Part shown: positions 1 to 9,052 of the stretch, piece by piece
Position numbering within the stretch: the stretch's first letter is position 1
How the letters are laid out: each line of letters starts with the position of its first letter
DNA from: a virus
Length of the DNA stretch: 64,000 nucleotides
IMG/VR virus record: IMGVR_UViG_3300012984_000012
Span: 32,001 to 96,000 of that record
Reading direction: 5' to 3' (one strand)
The notes under the pieces: model-generated
What the model was told of the DNA's origin: nothing
What the model saw: the letters and a program-made list of their open reading frames with translations, nothing else
Databases searched by the model: none
Position numbers and translations under genes: made by a program

Positions 1-390
1 GAGATTTAGTTCGTACTCTTCTCTAGGAAGGGGAGCACCCATCACCGGAGGAGCGACAGCAACGCCAGCCGGATCTGCACAAAGAGCATCAAGATCCAGT
101 GTCACCTTACCCTCAGCGTCTGGGGGTGTGATGGCCGCAGCAGGGGTGACAGCATCAGCTGAAGGGGACGCCGTGACCAAGTCGGTCATGAGCTCACCCT
201 CAGGTGGAACGCTGCCAGGAGCGCCTAGGTCATCGTCCATGTCACCGTGCTCACGCAACAGCTCACGTTCGATCATGTCCCGGATCCTGGGCGTCACTGC
301 TTCAAGGATAGCACGCTGAGCGTTTGCCTCAGCAACTTCCTTCACTTTCTTGACGTCTGCTAGCGCCTCTTCGTAGAGTTGCTTTGTCAT
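1..390 (-). CDS. Putative prohead scaffold/core protein (5' part; runs off the window)
   Basis: Own translation: ATG at 390, open to base 1 (MTKQLYEEALADVKKVKEVAEANAQRAILEAVTPRIRDMIE...). The helical EA-rich N-terminus resembles huge-phage scaffold proteins; lies in the head module; TACTTA motif upstream. Confidence 0.6.
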   Translation of the reverse strand, partial: MTKQLYEEALADVKKVKEVAEANAQRAILEAVTPRIRDMIERELLREHGDMDDDLGAPGSVPPEGELMTDLVTASPSADAVTPAAAITPPDAEGKVTLDLDALCADPAGVAVAPPVMGAPLPREEYELNL

Positions 391-456
391 GTTACTCGTT
401 CCCTATGATCTCCAGGATAAGTATCAATCATTTTCACAAGTTCAAGCAGGGGCAAA

Positions 457-966
457 TCAAACGTTTCCGCCTGAATCACCGAGCTTACCGTTCACACCAA
501 GGATGCTTGCTGCAATGATCTTTGCGTTCGTAGCAGCAGGTGACTTGGTTCCTGTACCAGGAGCGCCAGGCACGTACGTTGGCTTCAGATCAACGACCTT
601 GATCTCTGGATCAGTTGACTTGTCGCTTCCTTCTGTCTTACCTGGACCTGGAGACGTGATGTCAGGAGCATACGAGTTCGCTGGGTCACCAGCTGCCGTC
701 CACTTGACGTCTTCTGTCTTCGGAGCGCCTGCAAAATTGAGATCGACGCCTTCAGGAAAGTAACTGAGGTCGCCCTTTTGGTGAGCTGGCGTCAACGCCG
801 TTTTAGCGATCGCGACCACTGCCTCACGGGCGTCGTTCTCTTTTCCAACCAGGTCTTGCACGATTGGCTTCTCTGTTGCGTCACCACTGTGGAACAGCTT
901 GTTCAACAACGTGTTCTTGTCGCTCGCTGGTGGTGCATATTGCGTGTACTTGCCTGTGCCTGACAT
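457..966 (-). CDS. Hypothetical protein (Pro/Gly-rich, probably virion-associated)
   Basis: 169-aa ORF co-oriented within the head gene cluster. Confidence 0.6.
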   Translation of the reverse strand: MSGTGKYTQYAPPASDKNTLLNKLFHSGDATEKPIVQDLVGKENDAREAVVAIAKTALTPAHQKGDLSYFPEGVDLNFAGAPKTEDVKWTAAGDPANSYAPDITSPGPGKTEGSDKSTDPEIKVVDLKPTYVPGAPGTGTKSPAATNAKIIAASILGVNGKLGDSGGNV

Positions 967-1006
967 GGTCTTGGTTCCTTCTGTTAGTACGTATTGTCGA
1001 AGACGA

Positions 1007-1270
1007 TCAGGCGACCTTCGTTGCGATCTTCTTCAAAACACGTTGCTTAGCCTCGCGGATCTTCTCGAGACGCTTGATCGTGCGTTTCTCTTCGATCTTC
1101 AGTGCTTTGACGTAGTCGATGTGCTTCTCCAACGCGTCAGCGTATTCGTCAGCATCGGTCTCTTCGGTCTTGTTAGCCTTCTTCTCGACGTCTTCCATGT
1201 CGCCGAAGTTAGCAACTTCTTCTTCAATGATCTGCCTGAGCAAGCTTGGTGTTAGTTTCTTGATCGCCAT
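1007..1270 (-). CDS. Small head-associated protein with N-terminal LRQIIEEE motif
   Basis: Start revised to ATG 1270 (MAIKKLTPSLLRQIIEEE); GAGGG RBS and TATTTA motif upstream; coiled-coil C-terminus. Confidence 0.6.
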   Translation of the reverse strand: MAIKKLTPSLLRQIIEEEVANFGDMEDVEKKANKTEETDADEYADALEKHIDYVKALKIEEKRTIKRLEKIREAKQRVLKKIATKVA

Positions 1271-1323
1271 TTGTGCACCCTCTCTAGTGATCGTGCTAGA
1301 CCTAAATAGGCAACACGACGAAC

Positions 1324-1788
1324 TTACGCTGTTTTCTTGGACGCTGGTTCCATAAAGGCTAGGTTCGCCCAACGTGAGGCCACCTCATCACCGAACACGT
1401 CCTCAGGGCTACCATTGAACTGTTCCTGTTGGACTGGTTTTGCAAAGCCTCCCGAGCCGCCTTCAGTAACGGGCCCGCTGTCTCCCGCCGCGAGCTGTGA
1501 AGGTAAGGTCGTCCGTGCTGTATCAGCAAAAATCGATTCCATGATGGGGTTACCCCCTGCTTCACGCTTGATGGCATCTTTGAGGGCCATCGTGGGGGCA
1601 CGACCAGGACTCACGGGAGCATCGAGCCGTGGATCATAGTCCTGTTTCATGCGGCGGGCCCTGTGTTCTGCAAACGTCGGAGGTTGTTTACGAATGGAAA
1701 GCTGCGGAATGTCGCCCAGTCCCTCGCTCAGGATCTCAAGCAGGCACTCTTTTACGATCGCTTTCAAATGGTCTCGTGACATTTTCAT
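1324..1788 (-). CDS. Hypothetical protein with N-terminal LKAIVKE motif
   Basis: 154-aa ORF, MKMSRDHLKAIVKECLLEILSEG. Confidence 0.6.
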   Translation of the reverse strand: MKMSRDHLKAIVKECLLEILSEGLGDIPQLSIRKQPPTFAEHRARRMKQDYDPRLDAPVSPGRAPTMALKDAIKREAGGNPIMESIFADTARTTLPSQLAAGDSGPVTEGGSGGFAKPVQQEQFNGSPEDVFGDEVASRWANLAFMEPASKKTA

Positions 1789-1801
1789 GTTCGTTTACTC
1801 T

Positions 1802-2299
1802 CTAGCGTTTGGTTTGTAAGCTCTTGGTCGCACCGCGACGTGACAAAGGACCGACCCTATCAAACATCGTTACGCCAAGCAGGTGATCGATCTCATGCTG
1901 CACGATCCTCGCTTTGAGACCTGTGCACCTGATTAGCCTGATCGCTCCGTCGAGATCAAGGTATTCTACGTCGCAAGCGATAGGTCGAGAAACAGCTAAC
2001 AACGTACCTGGTAGCGACAGGCAGCCTTCTTTCACGAATTCACGCTCGGAAGAGACCCACTTCACCCTTGGATTAACAAGAGCAACGAACTCACTAGAGA
2101 CATCACCTGCTGATGGATCAACGAGAACGAGCCTTTGCGACAGTCCGATCTGGTTTGCTGCCAGACCGATGCCTTCCAAGGAGTACATCGTCTCAGCCAT
2201 GCGATCGACCAACGCCTTGAGCTCTTGTCCGAAGACGGTCACGTCATCGCACTGGCGACCCAAGATCGGATCTGGGTACTTGACGATGTCAAACATCAA
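1802..2299 (-). CDS. def: Peptide deformylase
   Basis: All three PDF motifs: GIGLAANQIG, EGCLS, QHEIDH. Confidence 0.95.
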   Translation of the reverse strand: MMFDIVKYPDPILGRQCDDVTVFGQELKALVDRMAETMYSLEGIGLAANQIGLSQRLVLVDPSAGDVSSEFVALVNPRVKWVSSEREFVKEGCLSLPGTLLAVSRPIACDVEYLDLDGAIRLIRCTGLKARIVQHEIDHLLGVTMFDRVGPLSRRGATKSLQTKR

Positions 2300-2306
2300 T
2301 TAATCA

Positions 2307-2705
2307 CTACCCAACACCCGTCCAACCAGCGCTGCCGTCAGGAAGGGTGCCTGACAGCACAGGCATCTGACGAGCGTCAATGTTTGTCAGACCCGCACAC
2401 AAGCTGTAATTTGGGGTCCCACCTTCACCTTGGATCCAAAGCTCTTTGACGCGTAGCTCTACGGTCACTACAGTGTTAGCTGGAACGATGAATTTGTTTG
2501 ATCCGATCGTGCCTGCTCTCGTAAAACCAAATGACATCGTAGATGCACCTTGATTTGAGACGGTGATCGTTCTACTGATTTTCGGAAAGTCCCAACGTTG
2601 TGGTGAGCCTGCTGCTGGCGCGACAGATGACGTGACCCACGGTAATGCTGAAGACTGAAACTCTGCTGCGTAGCCTAGGCCACCTCTTGGATTGTCAAAC
2701 GTCAT
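2307..2705 (-). CDS. Hypothetical beta-rich virion protein
   Basis: 132-aa ORF tightly packed downstream of the prohead protease. Confidence 0.55.
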   Translation of the reverse strand: MTFDNPRGGLGYAAEFQSSALPWVTSSVAPAAGSPQRWDFPKISRTITVSNQGASTMSFGFTRAGTIGSNKFIVPANTVVTVELRVKELWIQGEGGTPNYSLCAGLTNIDARQMPVLSGTLPDGSAGWTGVG

Positions 2706-2709
2706 GTTA

Positions 2710-3315
2710 TCACTTCTTTCCTAACAGCTCGTTCAAGATCCGATCGATCCTGTCAGACTTAGAAAAAACCTTTCGCAACTCGCTCTCATCGATTTGCCTG
2801 CCTTCAGGAAGCATGAAGGCCCCGGGCGTGGAAGGTTCGCTAACGAAATCCCAACAGATCAGTTGGAAATCATCTTGGACGATGTAGTAATCGCCTTGCT
2901 TGCGTGTCGATCCGACGCCACGAGAGCTGATGCCCAGCTTGACGCCGTGTTCGATCAGACCTTTGAGAATTGCGCCAGAAGGCGTCTTGTCAAGGATCTC
3001 AACCGTCCCAAAGACCGTGCCGTTCTCGATGTACGCTTCTCGGATCACGTGTGAGGCGTTCTTCAGGTTGACCACAGAAGAGTCAGGGTGATCGAGTTCA
3101 CCCATGGCACGGTTCTCGATGATGAACTTTTGGTAGTTCCTGACCTCGCGATCCAAGACAGCATGCGGATAGATGCGTCCGTTCTGGTTTAGAGTGTCTG
3201 CCTTCTGCAGGATGCCCTTCATCAGGATCTTGCCAGTCTTTTCGACTGACTCCTTGATCATCTCGGGCGTGTACTCGAAGATCTCGTAAGAGTTCAGTAA
3301 CCTCATGTCAGTCAT
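2710..3315 (-). CDS. Prohead maturation protease (T4 gp21-like)
   Basis: NQNGRIY, GELDHP, GISSRGVGS, DFVSEPSTPGA motifs. Confidence 0.93.
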   Translation of the reverse strand: MTDMRLLNSYEIFEYTPEMIKESVEKTGKILMKGILQKADTLNQNGRIYPHAVLDREVRNYQKFIIENRAMGELDHPDSSVVNLKNASHVIREAYIENGTVFGTVEILDKTPSGAILKGLIEHGVKLGISSRGVGSTRKQGDYYIVQDDFQLICWDFVSEPSTPGAFMLPEGRQIDESELRKVFSKSDRIDRILNELLGKK

Positions 3316-4177
3316 TGTCAGTCTCCTTCGAACCGAGCTCTGCGGATAGCTTGGTGTACAGCATGAACCTCGTCACCGTATCGTCATTGACGATCTCTAG
3401 CGTCTCAGTTTGAAGTTGGTCTCGCGCCTCGACAAGCTTCTTGTTGAGGTACTCGTTTTGAGGGTTAGCCTCGTTGTATGAAGCGATCGATGATAGCAGG
3501 GTGTCCCTGATCTCTGTCAGCTTGAGTTTGATCGATCCCGGATCATCATTGGCTGTCGAAAAAGCATATGCCCTGAACAGAGCCTTCTGCTCGTCATTCA
3601 GGATGCCAGAATATTTCTCGTTGAGCTTTTTCATCATCACCTTCATCAGAAGGCGGCTCTCGCCCGGAGACTCCTCGATCACCAGGCGCTCTGGTTCAAC
3701 TAAATTTTCAGTGGTCAAGCGTGCCATGAGTTGATCCTCGTACGAAGCCATACGCTCGAGGTCTGCATCACGTGAACGCCAATCATTCAAAAGCGTCTGA
3801 ACCGTCGCTAGGAAGCGATACTCTGAGACCTGCTGATCGTAGAAATTCTCATCATTGATCAAGTGGTTGATATCACGAATGAGCATCGACTTTTGCCTGT
3901 CGAGCTCCTTGACGTTGTGAGCTCGCGCGGCTGCTTTCGCCTCGTGTAAGATGTTGGCAGCGACAGCTTGAGAGCTAACCGTCGTCTTTCTCAACGCGTG
4001 GACGAGCCTGAATTCCTTGTATAGCTCAGTTCCTGGCTTGAAGTGACGGCGGAGGATGCGAAGGGCCTGTGATGAGTTCTTTTCGTTACCCTCGACGAGC
4101 GAACGTGAAATGGTGGTTACCAGGAACTCGTACAGCAACGCGGTATTGCGCTTTTTGTTGTGTGTCTTGCTACTCAT
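3308..4177 (-). CDS. Conserved head-module protein between portal and protease
   Basis: Start revised to ATG 4177 (MSSKTHNKKRNTALLYEFL), overlapping the portal stop; helical; position in head module. Confidence 0.65.
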   Translation of the reverse strand: MSSKTHNKKRNTALLYEFLVTTISRSLVEGNEKNSSQALRILRRHFKPGTELYKEFRLVHALRKTTVSSQAVAANILHEAKAAARAHNVKELDRQKSMLIRDINHLINDENFYDQQVSEYRFLATVQTLLNDWRSRDADLERMASYEDQLMARLTTENLVEPERLVIEESPGESRLLMKVMMKKLNEKYSGILNDEQKALFRAYAFSTANDDPGSIKLKLTEIRDTLLSSIASYNEANPQNEYLNKKLVEARDQLQTETLEIVNDDTVTRFMLYTKLSAELGSKETDND

Positions 4178-6284
4178 CGTCATCCTCGGTATCGTCGAAG
4201 TCAAGTTCGTCATCCGTATCGTCAATGATAAATACTTCGTTCGTGCTCGTGTTATGAGATCCACGATCAACGTTCTCGCCTAACAGCGAGATGCCTTCAT
4301 CGATCTCGTCTTGAACATCGACCTCTTCTGACTCAGCGATGACACCACCGTCAGCCGCCCTGTTCATCTTCAACGCAGACGTCATGCGACGTAACGTAGA
4401 CCACAGATCGGGAGCGAGGCCACCGAAAGGTGACCTTGAGACGACCTTCGCCTCTCCAAACGGATTTGACACGACGGACTTCATCCACTCAGACCCAGTG
4501 GGATCTTTCATGGCATCGTTATCGATGCCAGTCATCTTGACAAAGTCAGGCATGTGAGTTTTTGCGGGACCGTGATTTTGGATCCTAGAACGATTGTATT
4601 CGTAGTTTTTCTGTGATTGGTTCTTGGGCTTGATTGGCCTGTCGTTATCACCATCGTTCAGTGACATCTTCAGTGCAAAGTCCTCACCGTCTTCCTGATC
4701 ATCGTCTGATGTCAGTAATTCAACGCCGGGCCTGATCTCTTCTTCAGCTTCCTCACCAGCGTTTTCTTCAGGAGGCGTCTCTTCTTCGCCGCCCGCCTCG
4801 GGCTCCTCGCTACCGCCTCCGAAAAGATCATCAGCGCCGCCGCTCTCCCCGCCAGAATCACCGCCCTCACCGCCTGCCTCGATAGCAGCATCAGTCTTTT
4901 TCTCTCTCATGCGTTGGGCATCGATCTCATCGATCTCTTCTTCACTCAATCCCCAAATCTCATGCATGACAAAGAACTTGCTTCCCATGCCTTCCGGTAA
5001 CGAACCACCGATCTCAAACTTAGCACGCCACAGCTCTAGCTTCTGCTGTTGGGCTACAGTCGATGGGTTCGACAGGCGCAAGGTGAAGTTTTGTAGGTCC
5101 TCACCGTCATACCCATGAGCGTACAGGTGAATGATAGCCAGCTTGTTGAGCTCAGCGAGCATCGTCTTTTGGATGACGTTGATCGTACGTGAGAACCTGA
5201 TGTCCTCTTGTGCTAGCGTCGCCTTGCTGCTAAGCATCTCATCGTAACCGAGATACGCTCGTGGGATCTTCAAAGCAGCAAACAGCTTCTTTTGGATGTA
5301 AGCGACGTCCTCAACAGCAGCTGTGTTCTGGCCACCTGCTAACGTGTCGATGCGAGTACCGGTATCGTTACCACGGACTGGGATGAAATAATCCTCGTCA
5401 ACGCTCAATGGGTTGTAACGAAGGTCGACCCGACCCGTCTGGTTATCGATCACCTGGCTCGTCCTGAGGTTCTTGCGTTGTTCTTCAACGTACATCGGTA
5501 CGTTCTCAGGTGGCACGTTAGCAACGTCAATGTAAAACACGCGTCGCTCAGGAGCTCTGACCACGCGATACACTAGCATGGCGTCTTCAATCAGGATCAG
5601 CTGGCGCCAGATGCGGCGAGCGGGCTCAATGACAGAAGAGCCGTACGGCAAGAACATGTCATTGCCTAACAGGCGAAAGTGTGTGACCTCCCAGTTTTCT
5701 AGGGTCCTGTTGCCGAGCGTCACCCAGCGGTAACGGACAGCAAAAGGATCATCACGGTCGTAATTCTCCTCACGCTCGATCTCATTGACAGGGATCGGAA
5801 ACGCGTTGACGACGCCATACTCTGGCGACACGTCATTATAGAGAAAGAAGTCTCCGTACTTGACAAGGTTACGAGCCCACGAACGAAGGTTGAACTCAAC
5901 GTTCAAGACGTTGTAGAACAGGTCCTCAAGCACCTGTTTGACCTTCTCGTTGTCAGAGTAGACGTGAAGGACACGACCCTTATCGTCTTGAGCACACGTC
6001 TCATCAGCATAGATGTCAAGAGCGGCAGCGATCTCAGGAGTGTATTCCATCTCCTGGAAATCCTGGTAACGCATCAATCGCTCGCTCAAGTTGTAAGCGT
6101 TAGACGTGATGGTCGCATATGTCGGAGAGAGCGACTTCTGAAACAGCAGCGTGCCAGACGACTTCGTCTTGTCAGCCATCGCTAGTGTGGTGTCTAGCGC
6201 GCGGATCTTCCGCTTGACTACAGGACCGCTACGAAACAGTCGCGTCAGTCGTCGGAAAAGACTCTTGCTTTCTTTTTTTGCCAT
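4170..6284 (-). CDS. Portal protein (T4 gp20-like) with long acidic C-terminal extension
   Basis: IAAALDIYADE, EDAMLVYRVVRAPERRVFYIDV, EDYFIPVRG, LFAALKIP motifs. Confidence 0.93.
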   Translation of the reverse strand: MAKKESKSLFRRLTRLFRSGPVVKRKIRALDTTLAMADKTKSSGTLLFQKSLSPTYATITSNAYNLSERLMRYQDFQEMEYTPEIAAALDIYADETCAQDDKGRVLHVYSDNEKVKQVLEDLFYNVLNVEFNLRSWARNLVKYGDFFLYNDVSPEYGVVNAFPIPVNEIEREENYDRDDPFAVRYRWVTLGNRTLENWEVTHFRLLGNDMFLPYGSSVIEPARRIWRQLILIEDAMLVYRVVRAPERRVFYIDVANVPPENVPMYVEEQRKNLRTSQVIDNQTGRVDLRYNPLSVDEDYFIPVRGNDTGTRIDTLAGGQNTAAVEDVAYIQKKLFAALKIPRAYLGYDEMLSSKATLAQEDIRFSRTINVIQKTMLAELNKLAIIHLYAHGYDGEDLQNFTLRLSNPSTVAQQQKLELWRAKFEIGGSLPEGMGSKFFVMHEIWGLSEEEIDEIDAQRMREKKTDAAIEAGGEGGDSGGESGGADDLFGGGSEEPEAGGEEETPPEENAGEEAEEEIRPGVELLTSDDDQEDGEDFALKMSLNDGDNDRPIKPKNQSQKNYEYNRSRIQNHGPAKTHMPDFVKMTGIDNDAMKDPTGSEWMKSVVSNPFGEAKVVSRSPFGGLAPDLWSTLRRMTSALKMNRAADGGVIAESEEVDVQDEIDEGISLLGENVDRGSHNTSTNEVFIIDDTDDELDFDDTEDDDE

Positions 6285-6323
6285 TCTCTACCCTTCCATT
6301 CAGTTAGGGCTATCGTGATTGTA

Positions 6324-6366
6324 GAGCATCAGAGCGCTTCGTATATCAAGCGCTGACTCTATGCTC
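6324..6366. other. Intergenic stem-loop upstream of portal
   Basis: GAGCAT...ATGCTC outer and AGCGCTT...AAGCGCT inner inverted repeats; no clear U-tract. Confidence 0.45.
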
Positions 6367-6670
6367 AGGACTTAGACTTGACAGCCTTGAGCGTCACCTT
6401 TTTGGGTTCGACCTTGGGACGAGCGACGTATGACCCAGGAGTCTCGACCATGTTTTCTAAGACACGTTCGAGCTCATCAAGGTGTGGAGTCACAGCATTG
6501 ATAGCTGACGGAGGGGCACCTTCTCTGAAGGCTTCGACAGCAGCTAAGAGCTTGCTAGCGCCAGCTACGACCTTGTTGATGCCAGCATGGTCGACGCGTT
6601 CGTTCAAATTCGTCAGTTCTTCTTTGATGATCTTACGAAGATCATTGATATTGAGCTTTGATTGCGTCAT
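6365..6670 (-). CDS. Small protein with N-terminal LRKIIKEEL motif
   Basis: 101-aa ORF; GAGG RBS; TACTTA motif upstream. Confidence 0.6.
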   Translation of the reverse strand: MTQSKLNINDLRKIIKEELTNLNERVDHAGINKVVAGASKLLAAVEAFREGAPPSAINAVTPHLDELERVLENMVETPGSYVARPKVEPKKVTLKAVKSKS

Positions 6671-6701
6671 CGACGTCCTCTTGTACCTTTAAGTATCTCT
6701 G

Positions 6702-8324
6702 TCAGCGGAACAGCCACGAAAAATCAGAATGATCCCTGCTTCTCACCGATGATGTCGATGGATTTTGAGGCCTGTGAACCAGATGAGGATTGAAGCCTCT
6801 GATCGCTGGGTTGACGAGCGGTTGTGCTGACTGGATGTTGCCCGGCAAGGTGCTCTGGTCGCGGCTCTGTTTGCCTGTCGCAGCTAGCATGGCATATGCC
6901 ATCGCAACCTGTTGTTGGTTGATCGTTGATCCACCTTCAATCAACCAACAACCGATCGCTAGGCTCATGATCAGGTCGTCATAGCTGTCTTTCGAGGCCA
7001 TGGGTTTATTGCCATTCCAGACGAACGCTTGAAGTTGATCGTACAAGCGTTGCGAGTAGGTCTTCAGTTGACCGTTTCTGATCAGCTCTTCGAGCTTTGA
7101 GAGGATCTGAACGCGTGTCTTTTGGACGGTCGGAAAACCGGGCAGCTCGTTAGGGTCGTTTGGTACGTAACTGAACGGATCACCCTTGTTGTTGTGATAG
7201 TACAATCGCTTGTAACCCATGTCACGTAGTTTCGTGTTGACGAAGTAACCAAACGTGTTGTTCTCAGGGATCAAAAGAGCATCGCTGTACTTCTTTCCCC
7301 ACTCTGCCATCAGGTCAGCGAGCTTTTCAGGAGGTATCTTACCCATGTACTCAGCTGCGACCTCACACTCTTCTGTGTCGATCACGTGGAAGGCAGAGAA
7401 ATCTCGAGCGTCACCACGAGCAATGTCAGCAGAGATCACGTATTGTCGACCAGGAACGGGATACGACCAGATCCAGATGTCCCTCTTCTCACCCGCCTTC
7501 TCGATGGGAGGCATGATGTTGACACGTAACAGCTCTAGCTCTGTCGGTTGAAGGAACGTATCGCCTGAGGCGATGAAGTCACACAAGTACTCTTGAGCGA
7601 CCTTTTTCTTGGGAAGGTTGCGGGTCTCCTTGTCAAACCAGGCCTGATCATGCTCAGGATGCTGGTACCACATGATCCGGATCGCATTGAACCCGTTCTG
7701 TCCTGCCTCTGCTTCTGTCCATAGGCTGTAATATTGACCGCCCACGCCGTTTGGCGTTGATAAGATCACAGCTCGACCACCCGTTGAGAGGGTCGGTGAC
7801 AGGCCAGCCCAGATGTCATCAAAGTCCCTAATGAACGCAGCCTCATCGACAATGAGAAGCGACAGTGCCTCAGAGCGACCAGCGTCATCTGACGTTGGGA
7901 CCGCCTTGATCTGAGAACCGTTGCTAAACGTGATCTGTTGCTTGCTAGGCTCGAACCTGGGAAGGAGAAGCCACTTGGGAAGGTTCTGCAAGATGACTGC
8001 GACCTTCTTAATGAAGTTCATGGCCGTGGGTAGCTTGGTCGCGATGACCAAGACGTTCTTGTCTTTCTGAAAGATAGCCATCCAGACCGCGTAAGCAGCA
8101 CAGACCGTCGACAAACCTAGCTGCCTAGACTTCAGGATGATGTTCAGGCGATGTTCTTGGAATGCCTTTACACACTCATCCTGAAAATCGTACGTATCAA
8201 ATGGGATAGTTCCCCGGGTCGGGTGTTGGATCTTCGTGTACGTCTTGATGAAATACGCAGGATCCTTGCCGCAACGAATGATCTCTTTGACCTGTTCGTC
8301 ACGTGTAAAGTTTGGTGCAGCCAT
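6702..8324 (-). CDS. terL: Terminase large subunit (T4 gp17-like)
   Basis: LKSRQLGLST Walker A, LIVDEAAF Walker B, STPNG, nuclease ADIARG.D.S and DDLIMSLA. Confidence 0.95.
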   Translation of the reverse strand: MAAPNFTRDEQVKEIIRCGKDPAYFIKTYTKIQHPTRGTIPFDTYDFQDECVKAFQEHRLNIILKSRQLGLSTVCAAYAVWMAIFQKDKNVLVIATKLPTAMNFIKKVAVILQNLPKWLLLPRFEPSKQQITFSNGSQIKAVPTSDDAGRSEALSLLIVDEAAFIRDFDDIWAGLSPTLSTGGRAVILSTPNGVGGQYYSLWTEAEAGQNGFNAIRIMWYQHPEHDQAWFDKETRNLPKKKVAQEYLCDFIASGDTFLQPTELELLRVNIMPPIEKAGEKRDIWIWSYPVPGRQYVISADIARGDARDFSAFHVIDTEECEVAAEYMGKIPPEKLADLMAEWGKKYSDALLIPENNTFGYFVNTKLRDMGYKRLYYHNNKGDPFSYVPNDPNELPGFPTVQKTRVQILSKLEELIRNGQLKTYSQRLYDQLQAFVWNGNKPMASKDSYDDLIMSLAIGCWLIEGGSTINQQQVAMAYAMLAATGKQSRDQSTLPGNIQSAQPLVNPAIRGFNPHLVHRPQNPSTSSVRSRDHSDFSWLFR

Positions 8325-8713
8325 TATCCTAACTCGAATACCGCCTTACGCCTATAGTACGCTGTGCGGCGGGCGTTATGACAGTTGAAATTGATGATCT
8401 CTAGGGAGTCAGCCTCTCCATCCTTGAGGGCTTTCGTAGACAACGCAGATCCAGTCAGGTCCTTGTAATTGCCCTTAACGCTCTTGATGACGGCGGCGAC
8501 AACGCTGTCAGCCTCAGAAGCGTAAGCACGCTTCATCTCGATCATCTGCCTCTCGGTCCCAAAGTTAACGATCGCAGCGTACGACACCAGCATGCGATCG
8601 GGACCCAACAGTGAGATCTTCACTGAGTATGAGGCTGTTTTTGGTGTCGAAGACCTCCCCCAGGTCGTGTCGATCGACTGTCCTAGTGCGTTGAAATCAA
8701 TGTTATCTGCCAT
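8324..8713 (-). CDS. Hypothetical protein
   Basis: Start revised to ATG 8713 (MADNIDFNALGQ); TATTTA motif upstream; coupled to terL. Confidence 0.6.
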   Translation of the reverse strand: MADNIDFNALGQSIDTTWGRSSTPKTASYSVKISLLGPDRMLVSYAAIVNFGTERQMIEMKRAYASEADSVVAAVIKSVKGNYKDLTGSALSTKALKDGEADSLEIINFNCHNARRTAYYRRKAVFELG

Positions 8714-8755
8714 AGCGTCGGGGCTCCCCAACGTAAATATGGCAGTGCTTACGGT

Positions 8756-9052
8756 CTAATCAACGTCAAAGACAACGAACATCGGAGGACGTTGAGAAAC
8801 GACGTCTTTGACCTGGTCAGGAGACGGGCGCCAGCCTTCTTGCCACTCTTTTCTCCGAGGGTGTGCCCACTGCAAGGCACAAAGGTGACAGCAGGCAAAC
8901 TCGAGATACGCTGTCTCGTCATCACGTGAACGAAACAGTCTGTCACAGACCTGACACGACAGTGGGATAGGAGCCGAGGCTCCAACAGGAACGATGACAA
9001 AGAAGCCTTCGGGTCGTTCTTCTATCAGACGATCTCTGAGATAGGGTCGCAT
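8756..9052 (-). CDS. Small putative zinc-binding protein
   Basis: CQVC...CCHLC; coupled to the SbcC-like gene. Confidence 0.55.
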   Translation of the reverse strand: MRPYLRDRLIEERPEGFFVIVPVGASAPIPLSCQVCDRLFRSRDDETAYLEFACCHLCALQWAHPRRKEWQEGWRPSPDQVKDVVSQRPPMFVVFDVD